Position numbers and translations under genes: made by a program. Below, one piece after another: positions 17,878 through 26,957 of a stretch of 64,000 nt of DNA. Position 1 is the first letter of the stretch; each line of letters opens with the position of its first letter. Under the pieces are notes generated by a model that was given only the letters and a program-made list of their open reading frames with translations, was not told the DNA's origin and did not search any database. Origin of the DNA: Gemmatimonadota bacterium (GTDB lineage: Bacteria > Gemmatimonadota > Gemmatimonadetes > Gemmatimonadales > GWC2-71-9); the NCBI GenBank assembly GCA_003222205.1, contig QHVC01000048.1, forward strand, positions 1,470-65,469, in the 5' to 3' direction.

Positions 17878-19436
17878 GACGGAACTTGACAGTGTCCTGG
17901 TGGCCGGGTGTGGTCGCGGCGGCGCTGCTCGCGGGTTGCGCGGGTGGCGCGACGCGCCTGGGGCTCCCGGTCGCCCCGGAACCGGCGGCGGGCGACACGA
18001 CGCGGCTGGCTCACGTGGACTCGCTCGGGCACGCCGTGGAGCGGGCGGATCAGGAGGCGGCCGCGGACCAGGCCGCGCTCGACAGCCTGCACGGTCGGGA
18101 CACCACGCGAGCGGCGACCCTCACGGACTCCGCTCCCGCGCCGGCGGTGCGGGGCGAGGATGTCGCGCGCGAGGCCGAGCGGCTGTTCGGGCCCGAAGGT
18201 CGGGCCGCAGTCGGCGCAGCGGCCACCCCCGGGGAGCCGCTCTTCGACATCGACGTGACCACGTTCGCCGCCAACCGCCGCGTGCTCGAGTACCTGGAGT
18301 TCTTCCAAGTGGACGCGCGCGACCGCTTCGAGATCTGGCTCTCGCGACTAGGTCGCTACGAAGGAATGATCCGGGAGCGGCTCCGCGCCCGCGGCCTGCC
18401 GGAGGATCTCGTCTACCTGACCTTGATCGAGAGTGGCCTCTCCAACACGGCCGTCAGCCGTGCCCGGGCCGTCGGCATGTGGCAGTTCATCGCGGGGACC
18501 GCGCGGCTGTACGGACTGACGGTGGACCCGTGGGTGGACGAGCGCCGCGACCCGTATCGCGCCACCGGCGCGGCGGTCAGCTACCTCTCGGACTTGGTGC
18601 AGCGGCTGGGGAGCGTGTACCTGGCCGCGGCTGCCTACAACGCTGGGGCGGGCCGCATCGAGCGCGGGGTCGCCCGACTGCCCGGCGAGCTCGATACCCT
18701 GACGGACCACACGTTCTTTCAGCTGGCGGACCGCCGCTACCTGCGGCGCGAGACGCGCGACTATGTGCCCAAGCTCATCGCCGCCGCCCTGATCGCCAAA
18801 CAGCCGGAGCGCTACGGGTTCACCGACATCGAAAAGCTGCCGCCGCTGCTGTTCGATGAAGTCACGATTCCCGACGCGACCGGCCTCGACGTGATCGCCC
18901 GCCTGGCCGATACCAGCGTGGCCGCGATCTTGGAGCTGAACCCCCAGTTCGTGCGCGGCATTACTCCCCCGACGCGCGAGGTGACGGTGCGGGTCCCGCG
19001 GGGGGCGGGGGTGACGGTTGCGCAGCGCTACGACACCCTGCCGGCCACTGCCCGCATCACCTTCGTGGATCACTATGTGGCGCTCGGCCAGACCCTGTCC
19101 GAGATCGCGCGCCGCTACCGCGTCACGGTAGCGATGATCCAGAGTGCCAACCCCCGGCTTTCGGCGCGGGCGCTGCGGCCAGGCCAGCGGATCATCATCC
19201 CGATGAGCGGGCGGATCGTCCCGCCGGCGGCGTGGAGCATCCCACCGGAACCGCGCTACCGGCGCATCCTTCGCGGCAGCGCCGCCGCGGGGACTCACCG
19301 CGTGCGGGCGGGGGAGAACGCGAGCACCATCGCGCGGCTGTATGGGGTGTCTCTGGACGCGTTCCTCAACTACAACGGTTTGACGACGGGATCCGTGCTG
19401 CGACCGGGGGATATCCTGAAAATTCCCGGCAAATAG
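17874..19436 (+). CDS. membrane-bound lytic murein transglycosylase D-like lipoprotein (SLT domain plus two LysM repeats)
   Basis: 520 aa with a lipobox LLAGC. The SLT catalytic region is LVYLTLIESGLSNTAVSRARAVGMWQFIAGTARLYGL..AAAAYNAGAGR. Two C-terminal LysM-like repeats are present (YVALGQTLSEIARRYRVTVAMIQSANP.. and HRVRAGENASTIARLYGVSLDAFLNYNGL). Confidence 0.85.
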   Translation: MRRNLTVSWWPGVVAAALLAGCAGGATRLGLPVAPEPAAGDTTRLAHVDSLGHAVERADQEAAADQAALDSLHGRDTTRAATLTDSAPAPAVRGEDVAREAERLFGPEGRAAVGAAATPGEPLFDIDVTTFAANRRVLEYLEFFQVDARDRFEIWLSRLGRYEGMIRERLRARGLPEDLVYLTLIESGLSNTAVSRARAVGMWQFIAGTARLYGLTVDPWVDERRDPYRATGAAVSYLSDLVQRLGSVYLAAAAYNAGAGRIERGVARLPGELDTLTDHTFFQLADRRYLRRETRDYVPKLIAAALIAKQPERYGFTDIEKLPPLLFDEVTIPDATGLDVIARLADTSVAAILELNPQFVRGITPPTREVTVRVPRGAGVTVAQRYDTLPATARITFVDHYVALGQTLSEIARRYRVTVAMIQSANPRLSARALRPGQRIIIPMSGRIVPPAAWSIPPEPRYRRILRGSAAAGTHRVRAGENASTIARLYGVSLDAFLNYNGLTTGSVLRPGDILKIPGK

Positions 19437-19437
19437 C

Positions 19438-19466
19438 AAGGGGCCCAGCGACTCGCCAGGCCCCTT
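19438..19466. terminator. hairpin between convergent lytic transglycosylase genes
   Basis: AAGGGGCC (19438-19445) pairs with GGCCCCTT (19459-19466) around a 13-nt loop, directly after the TAG at 19434-19436. Confidence 0.45.
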
Positions 19467-19499
19467 CGTGCAACAGGACGTGCTGCTGTCGTATAACCC

Positions 19500-20144
19500 C
19501 TAGCGCCGATACCCCCGCATCACCGATGTGGAGTAGCCGTTGCGAGGATCCTTCCCGGCGCCGATCAGCTCTTCGACCTTGCCAGGTCCCCGATTGTAGG
19601 CGAGGAGGGCGCGCTCGAGGTTGTTGTCATAGCGCTCGAGCAGGTCGCGGAGGTAGCGGAACCCGACCCGCAGGTTCGTGTCCCGGTCATAGAGCTGCTC
19701 GACCGTCAAGCCGGGCTCGTACAGCCGCGCCGTGCTGGGCAGCACCTGCGTGAGGCCGATGGCGCCCACGCGACTCTTCGCGCGCGGCGTGAAGTTGGAC
19801 TCCACCTTGACCAGGCGGAACGCCAAGTCGGGGTCCACGCCTTCGGGGAGCGCAACATCGTAGATCGCCGCGGCCAAGTCTGCGGAGATCTTATAGCGAC
19901 TCGAAAACTCGATGATCGCCGTGGCCCGCTGCTGCTGGACCCGCGCGACAGCAAGTTCCCCCCGGGCAGCCTCGAGCTGCTGCTGGAGGGAGCGGAGCTC
20001 CGCCAGCACCGCCGGAGCCGTCACCGGCGCCGGTTGTGCGTCTGCCGTGGCGCGGCGGGCCCAGCCGCCGAGGCCGCTCACTAGGAGCGCGCCGACGACG
20101 AGCAGGCCGCCTCGGAGCATCAGTTTCTGCGTGTTGGTTCGCAT
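19500..20144 (-). CDS. lytic transglycosylase (SLT/GH23 domain) with an N-terminal membrane anchor and coiled coil
   Basis: The ATG at 20144 gives MRTNTQKLMLRGGLLVVGALLV.., followed by ..LAFRLVKVESNFTPRAKSRVGAIGLTQVLPSTARLY..LLAYNRGPG. The longer track ORF start (20294) overlaps moaC. Confidence 0.82.
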   Translation of the reverse strand: MRTNTQKLMLRGGLLVVGALLVSGLGGWARRATADAQPAPVTAPAVLAELRSLQQQLEAARGELAVARVQQQRATAIIEFSSRYKISADLAAAIYDVALPEGVDPDLAFRLVKVESNFTPRAKSRVGAIGLTQVLPSTARLYEPGLTVEQLYDRDTNLRVGFRYLRDLLERYDNNLERALLAYNRGPGKVEELIGAGKDPRNGYSTSVMRGYRR

Positions 20145-20205
20145 AACCCTCTCATGTGTGACTGTCCGGTGGCCGCGAATCTGCCGGCCTCCGGTCACCC
20201 CGCGG

Positions 20206-20697
20206 TCAAGGCTCGCTGGTGGCGGAACGCCGCCACGTGCCGCTCTTGCCCCCGGTTTTCTCCACCAGCCGGATCGCGCCCAACTCCATCGCACGGTCGG
20301 CGGCCTTCACCATGTCGTACACGGTCAGCAAGGCCACCGCGACGGCCGTCAGCGCCTCCATCTCAACACCCGTCCGACCCACGGCCCGCACCGTTCCCCG
20401 CACCCGCACGCCGGGTAGCGTCTCGTCGAGCCGGGTCTCCACCGCTACGTGGTCCAGCCCGATCGGGTGGCAGAGCGGGATCAGCTCGGCCGTGCGTTTG
20501 GCCGCCAGCGTCCCCGCCACCTGCGCCACCGTCAGCACGTCTCCCTTCGCGACCGCTTGGTCGGCCACGAGCCGGAACGCCTCGGCGGACATCCGAATCT
20601 CGCCTTCGGCCGACGCGACCCGCGTGGTCACCGCCTTGTCGCCGACGTCCACCATCCGCGCCCGGCCGTCCTGATCCAAGTGCGAAAGCGCCATCAC
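20206..20697 (-). CDS. moaC: cyclic pyranopterin monophosphate synthase
   Basis: 163 aa: [80 protein letters not shown]. Confidence 0.93.
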   Translation of the reverse strand: MMALSHLDQDGRARMVDVGDKAVTTRVASAEGEIRMSAEAFRLVADQAVAKGDVLTVAQVAGTLAAKRTAELIPLCHPIGLDHVAVETRLDETLPGVRVRGTVRAVGRTGVEMEALTAVAVALLTVYDMVKAADRAMELGAIRLVEKTGGKSGTWRRSATSEP

Positions 20698-21746
20698 ACC
20701 CCCGCCAGATCGTCGGACAGCACCGCCGCCAGGAGCTGCGGGTTGACGTTGCCCTGGGCCTGCTCGCGAGCTTCGAAGACCCGGGCGATCGCCTCCGTCA
20801 GCTTGCGGCTCGGCGTCCCGGCGGCGCGCGCTTCGGCGCGCAGCCGCGCGAGGAGCGCGTCGAGCATGGCGGTAAAGCCGCCACGCGCCTGGAACGGCAT
20901 CTGGCGCAACGCCAGCTCGTAGCGACCGACCCCGGCGCCCCGGGCGGCGCTGAGAAACTCGCCAGCTGCCGCGTCAGCCCCGGGCCTGTCCCCAGTAACA
21001 GCAAGGACCCTGCCAGGGATCCCGTCAGCAGACCTAACTTGCTGCTCCACAATGCTTTCCTCTGCTACGCCAAGCTCTTTCTGCACGAACGCTGTCACGA
21101 TGGTGTCGGGGAGTCGTGCCAGCCGGACACGCACGACGCGAGACAGAATCGTGGGTAGCAAAGCTTCTGGCTCCGATGCCGTGAGCACGAGTTGCGCGTC
21201 TGCTGGCGGCTCCTCTAGCACTTTCAGCAACGCGTTGGCAGCCGCCTCCTGGCCCTGCTGTGGGATCAATCGTTCGGCGTCGCCGATGATCGCCACTTTG
21301 CGCCGGCCGATCGCCGGGGTAAGCGCGAGTCGCCGGAGCAGCAACCGCACCGAAGCGATCGCATGGCCGGCCAGGCCGGAAGTAGGCTCGTAGAGCGGCT
21401 TTTCGCGCCGCGCCGCCATTTCCTCGCCGAGTGCTGTTTCGACGAGCTCGACCTGCTTGTCGGCATCCCCGCCCCTTTTTCCCAGCTCGATCGGCACGAA
21501 CCAATGAAGGTCCGGATGTGACAGGGAAAGGACGAGGCGGCACGACCGGCATGCCCCGCACGGCTCACGGCCTCCGGCCACGGGCGCGTCGCACAGCAGG
21601 AGCTGGGCGAGCCACAGCCCCAGCCGCTGCTTGCCGACGCCTGCGGGGCCTTCCAGCAGCAGCGCTTGCGGCAACCGGCCGGAGGCGAACGCGCCTGCCA
21701 GCCGGTTGCGGACACCCTCATGCCCGTACAGGGGGTGTATTGGCAT
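20694..21746 (-). CDS. holB: DNA polymerase III subunit delta'
   Basis: The ATG at 21746 gives [83 protein letters not shown]. It overlaps moaC by 4 nt. Confidence 0.85.
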   Translation of the reverse strand: MPIHPLYGHEGVRNRLAGAFASGRLPQALLLEGPAGVGKQRLGLWLAQLLLCDAPVAGGREPCGACRSCRLVLSLSHPDLHWFVPIELGKRGGDADKQVELVETALGEEMAARREKPLYEPTSGLAGHAIASVRLLLRRLALTPAIGRRKVAIIGDAERLIPQQGQEAAANALLKVLEEPPADAQLVLTASEPEALLPTILSRVVRVRLARLPDTIVTAFVQKELGVAEESIVEQQVRSADGIPGRVLAVTGDRPGADAAAGEFLSAARGAGVGRYELALRQMPFQARGGFTAMLDALLARLRAEARAAGTPSRKLTEAIARVFEAREQAQGNVNPQLLAAVLSDDLAGV

Positions 21747-21798
21747 GTAGCAATGTAGCCTCACCCCGGTTTTCGGCCGACCGGCTTTGACTGAACAT

Positions 21799-21827
21799 AT
21801 TGTGAAATAAAGAGTTATCGATTACAA
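21799..21827 (-). promoter_or_regulatory. sigma70-like promoter candidate for holB
   Basis: On the minus strand: TTGTAA (21827-21822), a 17-nt spacer, then CACAAT (21804-21799). It lies about 50 nt upstream of the holB ATG. Confidence 0.35.
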
Positions 21828-21942
21828 TCTGGCCTTGCGGCAGGGTAATACATTACTGCAGAAGCGATTAACAGTTAAAGTGAGCGCATACATCCACAAA
21901 TTGTCCAGCAAAATCCTCGGTTTTTGGTGTCTCTTCGGTGTG

Positions 21943-24324
21943 TCAGAGGATCGCGTCCAAGACCTCCCGGACTTTGGCGACCAATCCGGCGGCGGTGAAC
22001 GGCTTCTGGAGAAAGGCGCCTCCGGCCACCATCAAGCCTTGGCGGATGAACGCCTCCTGCGCGTAGCCGGACATGAGCAGCACGCGGGCGTCGGGCCGGC
22101 GCTTGCGGAACGCCCCCACCATCTCCGGAACGCGGATACCCGACATCATGCCGTCCGAGAGCAGCAGGTCAATCTGTTCGTGCGTGGTGGCCTCGAGGCG
22201 CAGCGCTTCGTCGCCGTCGGCGGCGGCGAGCACCTGGTACCCCGCGCGCTTCAGGGCGGAGGCCACGAAGTCGCGGACGGGGGCCTCGTCCTCGACCAGG
22301 AGGATCGTTTCGGTGCCGCCGCGGGCTGCGGCGGGGCGTCGGCGCCGCTCGGGCTCTGCCGAGGCCTGGGCCCGCGGCAGGTAGATCTTGAAGGTGGTCC
22401 CTCGCCCGATCTCGCTGTACAACGAGATGTGGCCGCCGTGCTGGCGCACGATGCCGTAGACCGTGGCGAGTCCGAGGCCGGTGCCCTTGCCCTTCTCCTT
22501 GGTGGTGAAGAACGGCTCGAACACCCGCGCCCGGGTCGCGGCGTCCATGCCGGTGCCGGTGTCGCTCACGGCGAGGAGTGCATACGCGCCGGGTTGGGCG
22601 TCGACATGCTCCTGCGCGTACGCGCCGTCGATGTCGACCTCGTGCGTCTCGATCGTGAGCGTGCCGCCGTCCGGCATCGCGTCGCGAGCGTTGACCGCGA
22701 GGTTGAGGAGCACTTGGTGGACCTGACTGGAGTCGGCGCGAATGGTGCCGAGGGTCGGCGCCAGAACGGTGACCAGCTGCACCTCCTGTCCGATCAGGCG
22801 GCGCAGCATCTTGTCCGTGTCGGCGACGACGTCGTTCAGGTTGAGGACCCGCGGCTCGATGGGCTGGCGGCGGCTGAAGGTCAGCAATTGCCGCGTGAGG
22901 TCGCCGGCGCGTTGCGCGGCGCGACTGATCTCGTCGAGATCCTTGCGATGGGGGCTGTCGGCGGGAAGGTCCAAAAGGACCAGATCTGCGTACCCGAGAA
23001 TCGCCGTCAGGACGTTGTTGAAATCGTGGGCGACCCCGCCGGCCAGGGAGCCCAGGGCGTCCATTTTCTGAGACTGCCACAGGTGCTGCTCGAGTTGTTT
23101 GCGCTCGGTGATGTCCACCAGGGTGCTCTCGATGACCTGTTCGCCGGATTCACCTGGGACCAGGGCCATGTTCGCGAGCACCCATACCTCGCGGCCGTCC
23201 TTACGCCGCAGGCGGTTTTCGAAGCTCATCAGCCGTCCCGCCTCACGCAGTCGGGCCAGCACGGCGGGCCGATCTTCGGCGTGGAGGTAAATGGCGCCCG
23301 CGTCGTGGGCCAGCAGGTCCTCCGGCGAGTCGTAGCCGAGGATCCGCGCGAACGCCGGATTGCAGGCGAGGAACCGACCGTCCAGGGATACGGAGCCGAC
23401 GCCGGCGAGGTCGTGCTCGAACAGCCGGCGGTAGCGCTCTTCCGCGCGGCGGCGCTCGGCGAGGGCCGCGTCGAGCTCCCCGCCGATGCGCCGGGCGATG
23501 CGGCCGACCAGGAGTGCGATCGCAGCGGCGGCGATGATCGCCAGCCACGTGGAGAACAGCACCCGGTCGGTACCGGCCAGCGTCCCGATCCGGGCTTCGA
23601 TGAACCCGGTTGCCACCACGATCACGATCGTCGCGGGCAGGAACGCCCGGAGCAGCCGCGCGCGGGTCGACTGACCTCGCAAGTGGTGGAGCGGCCAGGC
23701 GTACGGACCAGCCATCGCCAACGCCGCCCCCCCGAGGAGCAGGAGGCTCAAGCCCGTCGGCAGGGCGACCGGGATGGTGGAGGAGCCGTACAACAACGGA
23801 GTGCCGTAAGCGTACCCCAAGGCCACGACGGTTCCGGCGAGCGTCGGCAGGGTGGCGAGCGGGGCGGCCGCGGCGCGTATCGCTGGGCGTTCGAAAGTGA
23901 GCAGCATCAGCGCGAGCGCGAGGAGGAGGACCGCGGCGGCGGTAACGGGGGACATCACGCCGAGCGGCACGCGGCCCAACGTGGCGGTCGTCACGCGGAT
24001 GGCGGCATCGGGATCGAGCGCCGAGCCGGCGAGCCGGGCCGCCAACGCGAACGCTGCGAGTAGCAACACCAGGCCGGCCGCCCCACGAGCGGCGCGTCGA
24101 CCGCCGGGCGAGCTGAAGCGGGTCCGGATCACGACCACGGCGGCGAGCAGCAGGAACGCCGCAGCGGTCGTTGGAGCCATAGGGATGAACCCGGCGGGCG
24201 GTTGCGTGAACAGCGACCACTGCTGCCACCACCCAAGCAGCACAACCGCGGCGTGGGCGGCAACGACACCCCCGCACGCGATCGCGAGCTTGGGACTCGT
24301 TCGACCGTTAGCGTCTACCGTCAT
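21943..24324 (-). CDS. hybrid sensor histidine kinase/response regulator (multi-TM sensor, PAS, HisKA, HATPase_c, REC)
   Basis: 793 aa. The first ~290 aa are hydrophobic. A PAS region follows (RRAEERYRRLFEHDLAGVGSVSLDGRFLACNPAF). The H-box is SLAGGVAHDFNNVLTAILGY, with ATPase motifs NLAVNARDAMP, DTGTGM and GTGLGL. The C-terminal receiver is ILLVEDEAPVR..DLLLSDGMM. Confidence 0.88.
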   Translation of the reverse strand: MTVDANGRTSPKLAIACGGVVAAHAAVVLLGWWQQWSLFTQPPAGFIPMAPTTAAAFLLLAAVVVIRTRFSSPGGRRAARGAAGLVLLLAAFALAARLAGSALDPDAAIRVTTATLGRVPLGVMSPVTAAAVLLLALALMLLTFERPAIRAAAAPLATLPTLAGTVVALGYAYGTPLLYGSSTIPVALPTGLSLLLLGGAALAMAGPYAWPLHHLRGQSTRARLLRAFLPATIVIVVATGFIEARIGTLAGTDRVLFSTWLAIIAAAAIALLVGRIARRIGGELDAALAERRRAEERYRRLFEHDLAGVGSVSLDGRFLACNPAFARILGYDSPEDLLAHDAGAIYLHAEDRPAVLARLREAGRLMSFENRLRRKDGREVWVLANMALVPGESGEQVIESTLVDITERKQLEQHLWQSQKMDALGSLAGGVAHDFNNVLTAILGYADLVLLDLPADSPHRKDLDEISRAAQRAGDLTRQLLTFSRRQPIEPRVLNLNDVVADTDKMLRRLIGQEVQLVTVLAPTLGTIRADSSQVHQVLLNLAVNARDAMPDGGTLTIETHEVDIDGAYAQEHVDAQPGAYALLAVSDTGTGMDAATRARVFEPFFTTKEKGKGTGLGLATVYGIVRQHGGHISLYSEIGRGTTFKIYLPRAQASAEPERRRRPAAARGGTETILLVEDEAPVRDFVASALKRAGYQVLAAADGDEALRLEATTHEQIDLLLSDGMMSGIRVPEMVGAFRKRRPDARVLLMSGYAQEAFIRQGLMVAGGAFLQKPFTAAGLVAKVREVLDAIL

Positions 24325-24400
24325 GTTTGTCTTTGTAAGATGATGAAACGATGCTAGAGTAATGTTGCAATTCCGCGGGCAGGAATCTGTCGGGGTTCCC

Positions 24401-25099
24401 CTACGAAGTGTTCGTACCCTCGCCGCTCCGGCCTCGGAGCATGGCGTCGGACAGAAGGCCGTGGCGGGTCGCGTAGAACGTGAGCTCCGCGTTGGTGGTC
24501 ATCCCCATTTTTCGCAGCAGCCGTGCGCGGTAGGTGGTCACGGTCTTGGAGGAAACGCCCAGCGCGTGGGCGATTTCCTTGATGTGCTTGCCGGCGGCGA
24601 GCAGCCGCATCACCGCGAGTTCGCGAGTAGAGAGCTGCTCGTGGGGCAGGGACCCGCCGTCCACCTCGGCGCCGGTGGCGAGCGCCTGGGTCATCGCTGG
24701 GCTCAGATAGGTGCCGCCCTGGAGCACCTGGTGGATGGCCTTCACCAGCTCTTCCGGGGCGCTTTCCTTGGTGAGGTACCCCATGGCGCCGGCCTTGAGC
24801 ATCCGCAGGGCGAGCTGGTCCTCGGGGTGCATCGTGAGGATGATGACGCGGGCATCGGGGCGGCGGCCGAGGATGTCGCGGAGGGCGTCGATGCCGCTGC
24901 CGTCGGGGAACGCAAGGTCGAGCAAGATCACGTCCCATGGATCGGCCTGTGCGCGCGCGAGAGTCTCACGGACCGAGGCGGCCTCGCCGAAGCGGCCGAA
25001 CCCCGCGTGCCGGCTCAGCAGCTCGATGAGTCCCTTGCGCACGATGGCGTGATCATCGGCCACGAGCACGCTGATCACGGCGGCGCCTGCCTCGGTCAT
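24401..25099 (-). CDS. NarL/FixJ-family response regulator (REC plus LuxR-type HTH)
   Basis: 232 aa. The receiver is ISVLVADDHAIVRKGL..DVILLDLAFPDGSG. The HTH is LSTRELAVMRLLAAGKHIKEIAHALGVSSKTVTTYRARLLRKMG. It overlaps the upstream kinase gene by 4 nt. Confidence 0.9.
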   Translation of the reverse strand: MTEAGAAVISVLVADDHAIVRKGLIELLSRHAGFGRFGEAASVRETLARAQADPWDVILLDLAFPDGSGIDALRDILGRRPDARVIILTMHPEDQLALRMLKAGAMGYLTKESAPEELVKAIHQVLQGGTYLSPAMTQALATGAEVDGGSLPHEQLSTRELAVMRLLAAGKHIKEIAHALGVSSKTVTTYRARLLRKMGMTTNAELTFYATRHGLLSDAMLRGRSGEGTNTS

Positions 25100-26955
25100 T
25101 TGAGCGGGACCCAGGCCGTGAGCTTCGTGCCTTTTCCCGTCTCGCCCTTGAGCTCGATGAACCCGCCGAGGAGCAGGGCCCGTTCCCGCATGCCGAGGAT
25201 GCCGAGCGAACCCTGGCCGGCGTGTGCGGCCTCCGGGAGCCCTTTGCCGTTGTCGGTTACCTCCAGATACACGATCCGGCTCGCCTGCTGCAACGTGACC
25301 TCGACGCGGTTAGCCCCCGAGTGACGGGCGACGTTGGTGAGGGCCTCCTGGAGGATGCGAAACAGGCCGGTGGAGACGTCCGCGGGGAGGGTGGTGTCCG
25401 GTAGGCTGGAGCGCACCCGGCAGTCGATGCCGGTGCGCCGCTGGAAGTCGCCGGCGAGCCACTCGACGGCGGCCGGCAGCCCCAACTGGTCGAGCACGAC
25501 CGGCCGCAGCTCGCTGGCGAGGCGGCGGACGTCCTTGATGGCGGTGTCGAGGAGGCCGGCGATCTCCTGCAGGCGGCCGTCGGCGCTGGGCTCGCGGCGG
25601 GCGACCATCTCGCGCAGGGACGAAACGTCGAGCTTCAACGCCGTCAGCGTCTGGCCCAGCACGTCGTGGATCTCTCGGGCGATGCGGGCGCGCTCCTCTT
25701 CGCGCACCTCCAGCTGGTACGCCGTGAGGTTCCGGAGCTTCTGCTGCGAGAGGCGCAGTTGCTCGTCGGCGAGGCGCAGCTCGGTCACGTCCTGGTCGGT
25801 GCCGAACATCCGCACGGGGCGACTCGCCGCGTCACATATCACTTCCCCACGGCAGTGCAGGATTCGCACGGCGCCGTCCGGCCGACAGGCGCGGAAGTCG
25901 AAGAGGAACGGCTGGCCGTCGGAGGCCGCGCGGTCGATAGTCTCGCGCACGTGACGGCGGTCGTCAGGGTGGACGAGGTCGACGAAGCCCTCGTAACTCG
26001 GGTGCACGGTGCGTGGATCGACCCCGAGGATGCGGCACAGCTCGTCGGACCATGAGACCACGCCAGTGCGGATATCCCACTCCCAGCTTCCCATCCGGGC
26101 GATCTGCTGCGCGAGTAGGAGCTGGCGCTCCCGGGTGCGGAGCGCCTCTTCCGCCTGATTGCGGTGGGTGACGTCCTGGAAGATGCCGAGGACGCACGCG
26201 TCCCCACCCAGGTCGCACGATACGAGTGACACGACCACGTCCCGCGACCCACCATCGCGATGGCGAACGACGAACTCGAGGTTGGGGATGGCGCCGGTCC
26301 GGCGCAGTCGGTCAACAAGCGCCTCCCGCTCGACCGTCCCGATCAATCGCAGCTCCACCGACGTGCGCCCGATCACGTCCTCGCGCTCGTATCCGGTGAG
26401 TCGGAGAAACGCCGTGTTGACGTCGAGGAAACGCCCGTCCGCCAGCCGCGAGATACTGAGGGGAGCAGGGTTGGTGTGGAATGCCTTGGAGAATCGCTCC
26501 TCCGATTCGCGCAGCGCCTCCTCAGCCTGGCGCCGCTCGATCGCGATCCCGGCCAGATCGGTCGCGGTGGTGATGAGCTGCTGCTCCGCGGTCGTTGGGG
26601 TGCGGGGCTCGTAGTAATACATCGCGAACGTGCCCAACACCCGGCCGGTCGCGGAGATGATCGGCGTCGACCAGCAGGCGCGCAGCCCGTCCACGGCCTC
26701 GTTGTAGGTGGTGGGCAGGCTGGGCGCCGCCCCGTGACGCAGCCGCCGACGGTCCAGCAGCAGAATCGAGCACAGCATGCCCGGCGCGGCGCCCTCGATC
26801 AGGGCGACGATGGCGTCGAGGACTTCGGCGAGCGGGGCGCCGCGAGCGATACGTTCGAGGATGTGCGCCTGGCCCCGCAGCGGGGTGCCGGACCCCTCGT
26901 CGGGGAGCACCTCCGGGCGCGGGACCGGGGCGGCAGCTTTGGCCATCGAGGCCAA
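25096..26955 (-). CDS. sensor histidine kinase (GAF, two PAS, HisKA_3, HATPase_c; NarX/DegS type)
   Basis: 619 aa. It has an N-terminal GAF-like region and PAS regions. The H-box is EEERARIAREIHDVLGQTLTALK. ATPase motifs are LFRILQEALTNVARH and VTDNGKG. Confidence 0.88.
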   Translation of the reverse strand: MASMAKAAAPVPRPEVLPDEGSGTPLRGQAHILERIARGAPLAEVLDAIVALIEGAAPGMLCSILLLDRRRLRHGAAPSLPTTYNEAVDGLRACWSTPIISATGRVLGTFAMYYYEPRTPTTAEQQLITTATDLAGIAIERRQAEEALRESEERFSKAFHTNPAPLSISRLADGRFLDVNTAFLRLTGYEREDVIGRTSVELRLIGTVEREALVDRLRRTGAIPNLEFVVRHRDGGSRDVVVSLVSCDLGGDACVLGIFQDVTHRNQAEEALRTRERQLLLAQQIARMGSWEWDIRTGVVSWSDELCRILGVDPRTVHPSYEGFVDLVHPDDRRHVRETIDRAASDGQPFLFDFRACRPDGAVRILHCRGEVICDAASRPVRMFGTDQDVTELRLADEQLRLSQQKLRNLTAYQLEVREEERARIAREIHDVLGQTLTALKLDVSSLREMVARREPSADGRLQEIAGLLDTAIKDVRRLASELRPVVLDQLGLPAAVEWLAGDFQRRTGIDCRVRSSLPDTTLPADVSTGLFRILQEALTNVARHSGANRVEVTLQQASRIVYLEVTDNGKGLPEAAHAGQGSLGILGMRERALLLGGFIELKGETGKGTKLTAWVPLK

Positions 26956-26957
26956 CG

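Noticed and set aside
17874-20144. Phage lysis cassette, suggested by two lytic transglycosylase genes facing each other.
   Set aside because: No holin, spanin, capsid, tail or integrase genes are nearby. Both proteins carry the lipoprotein or anchor signals and LysM repeats typical of housekeeping Mlt enzymes.
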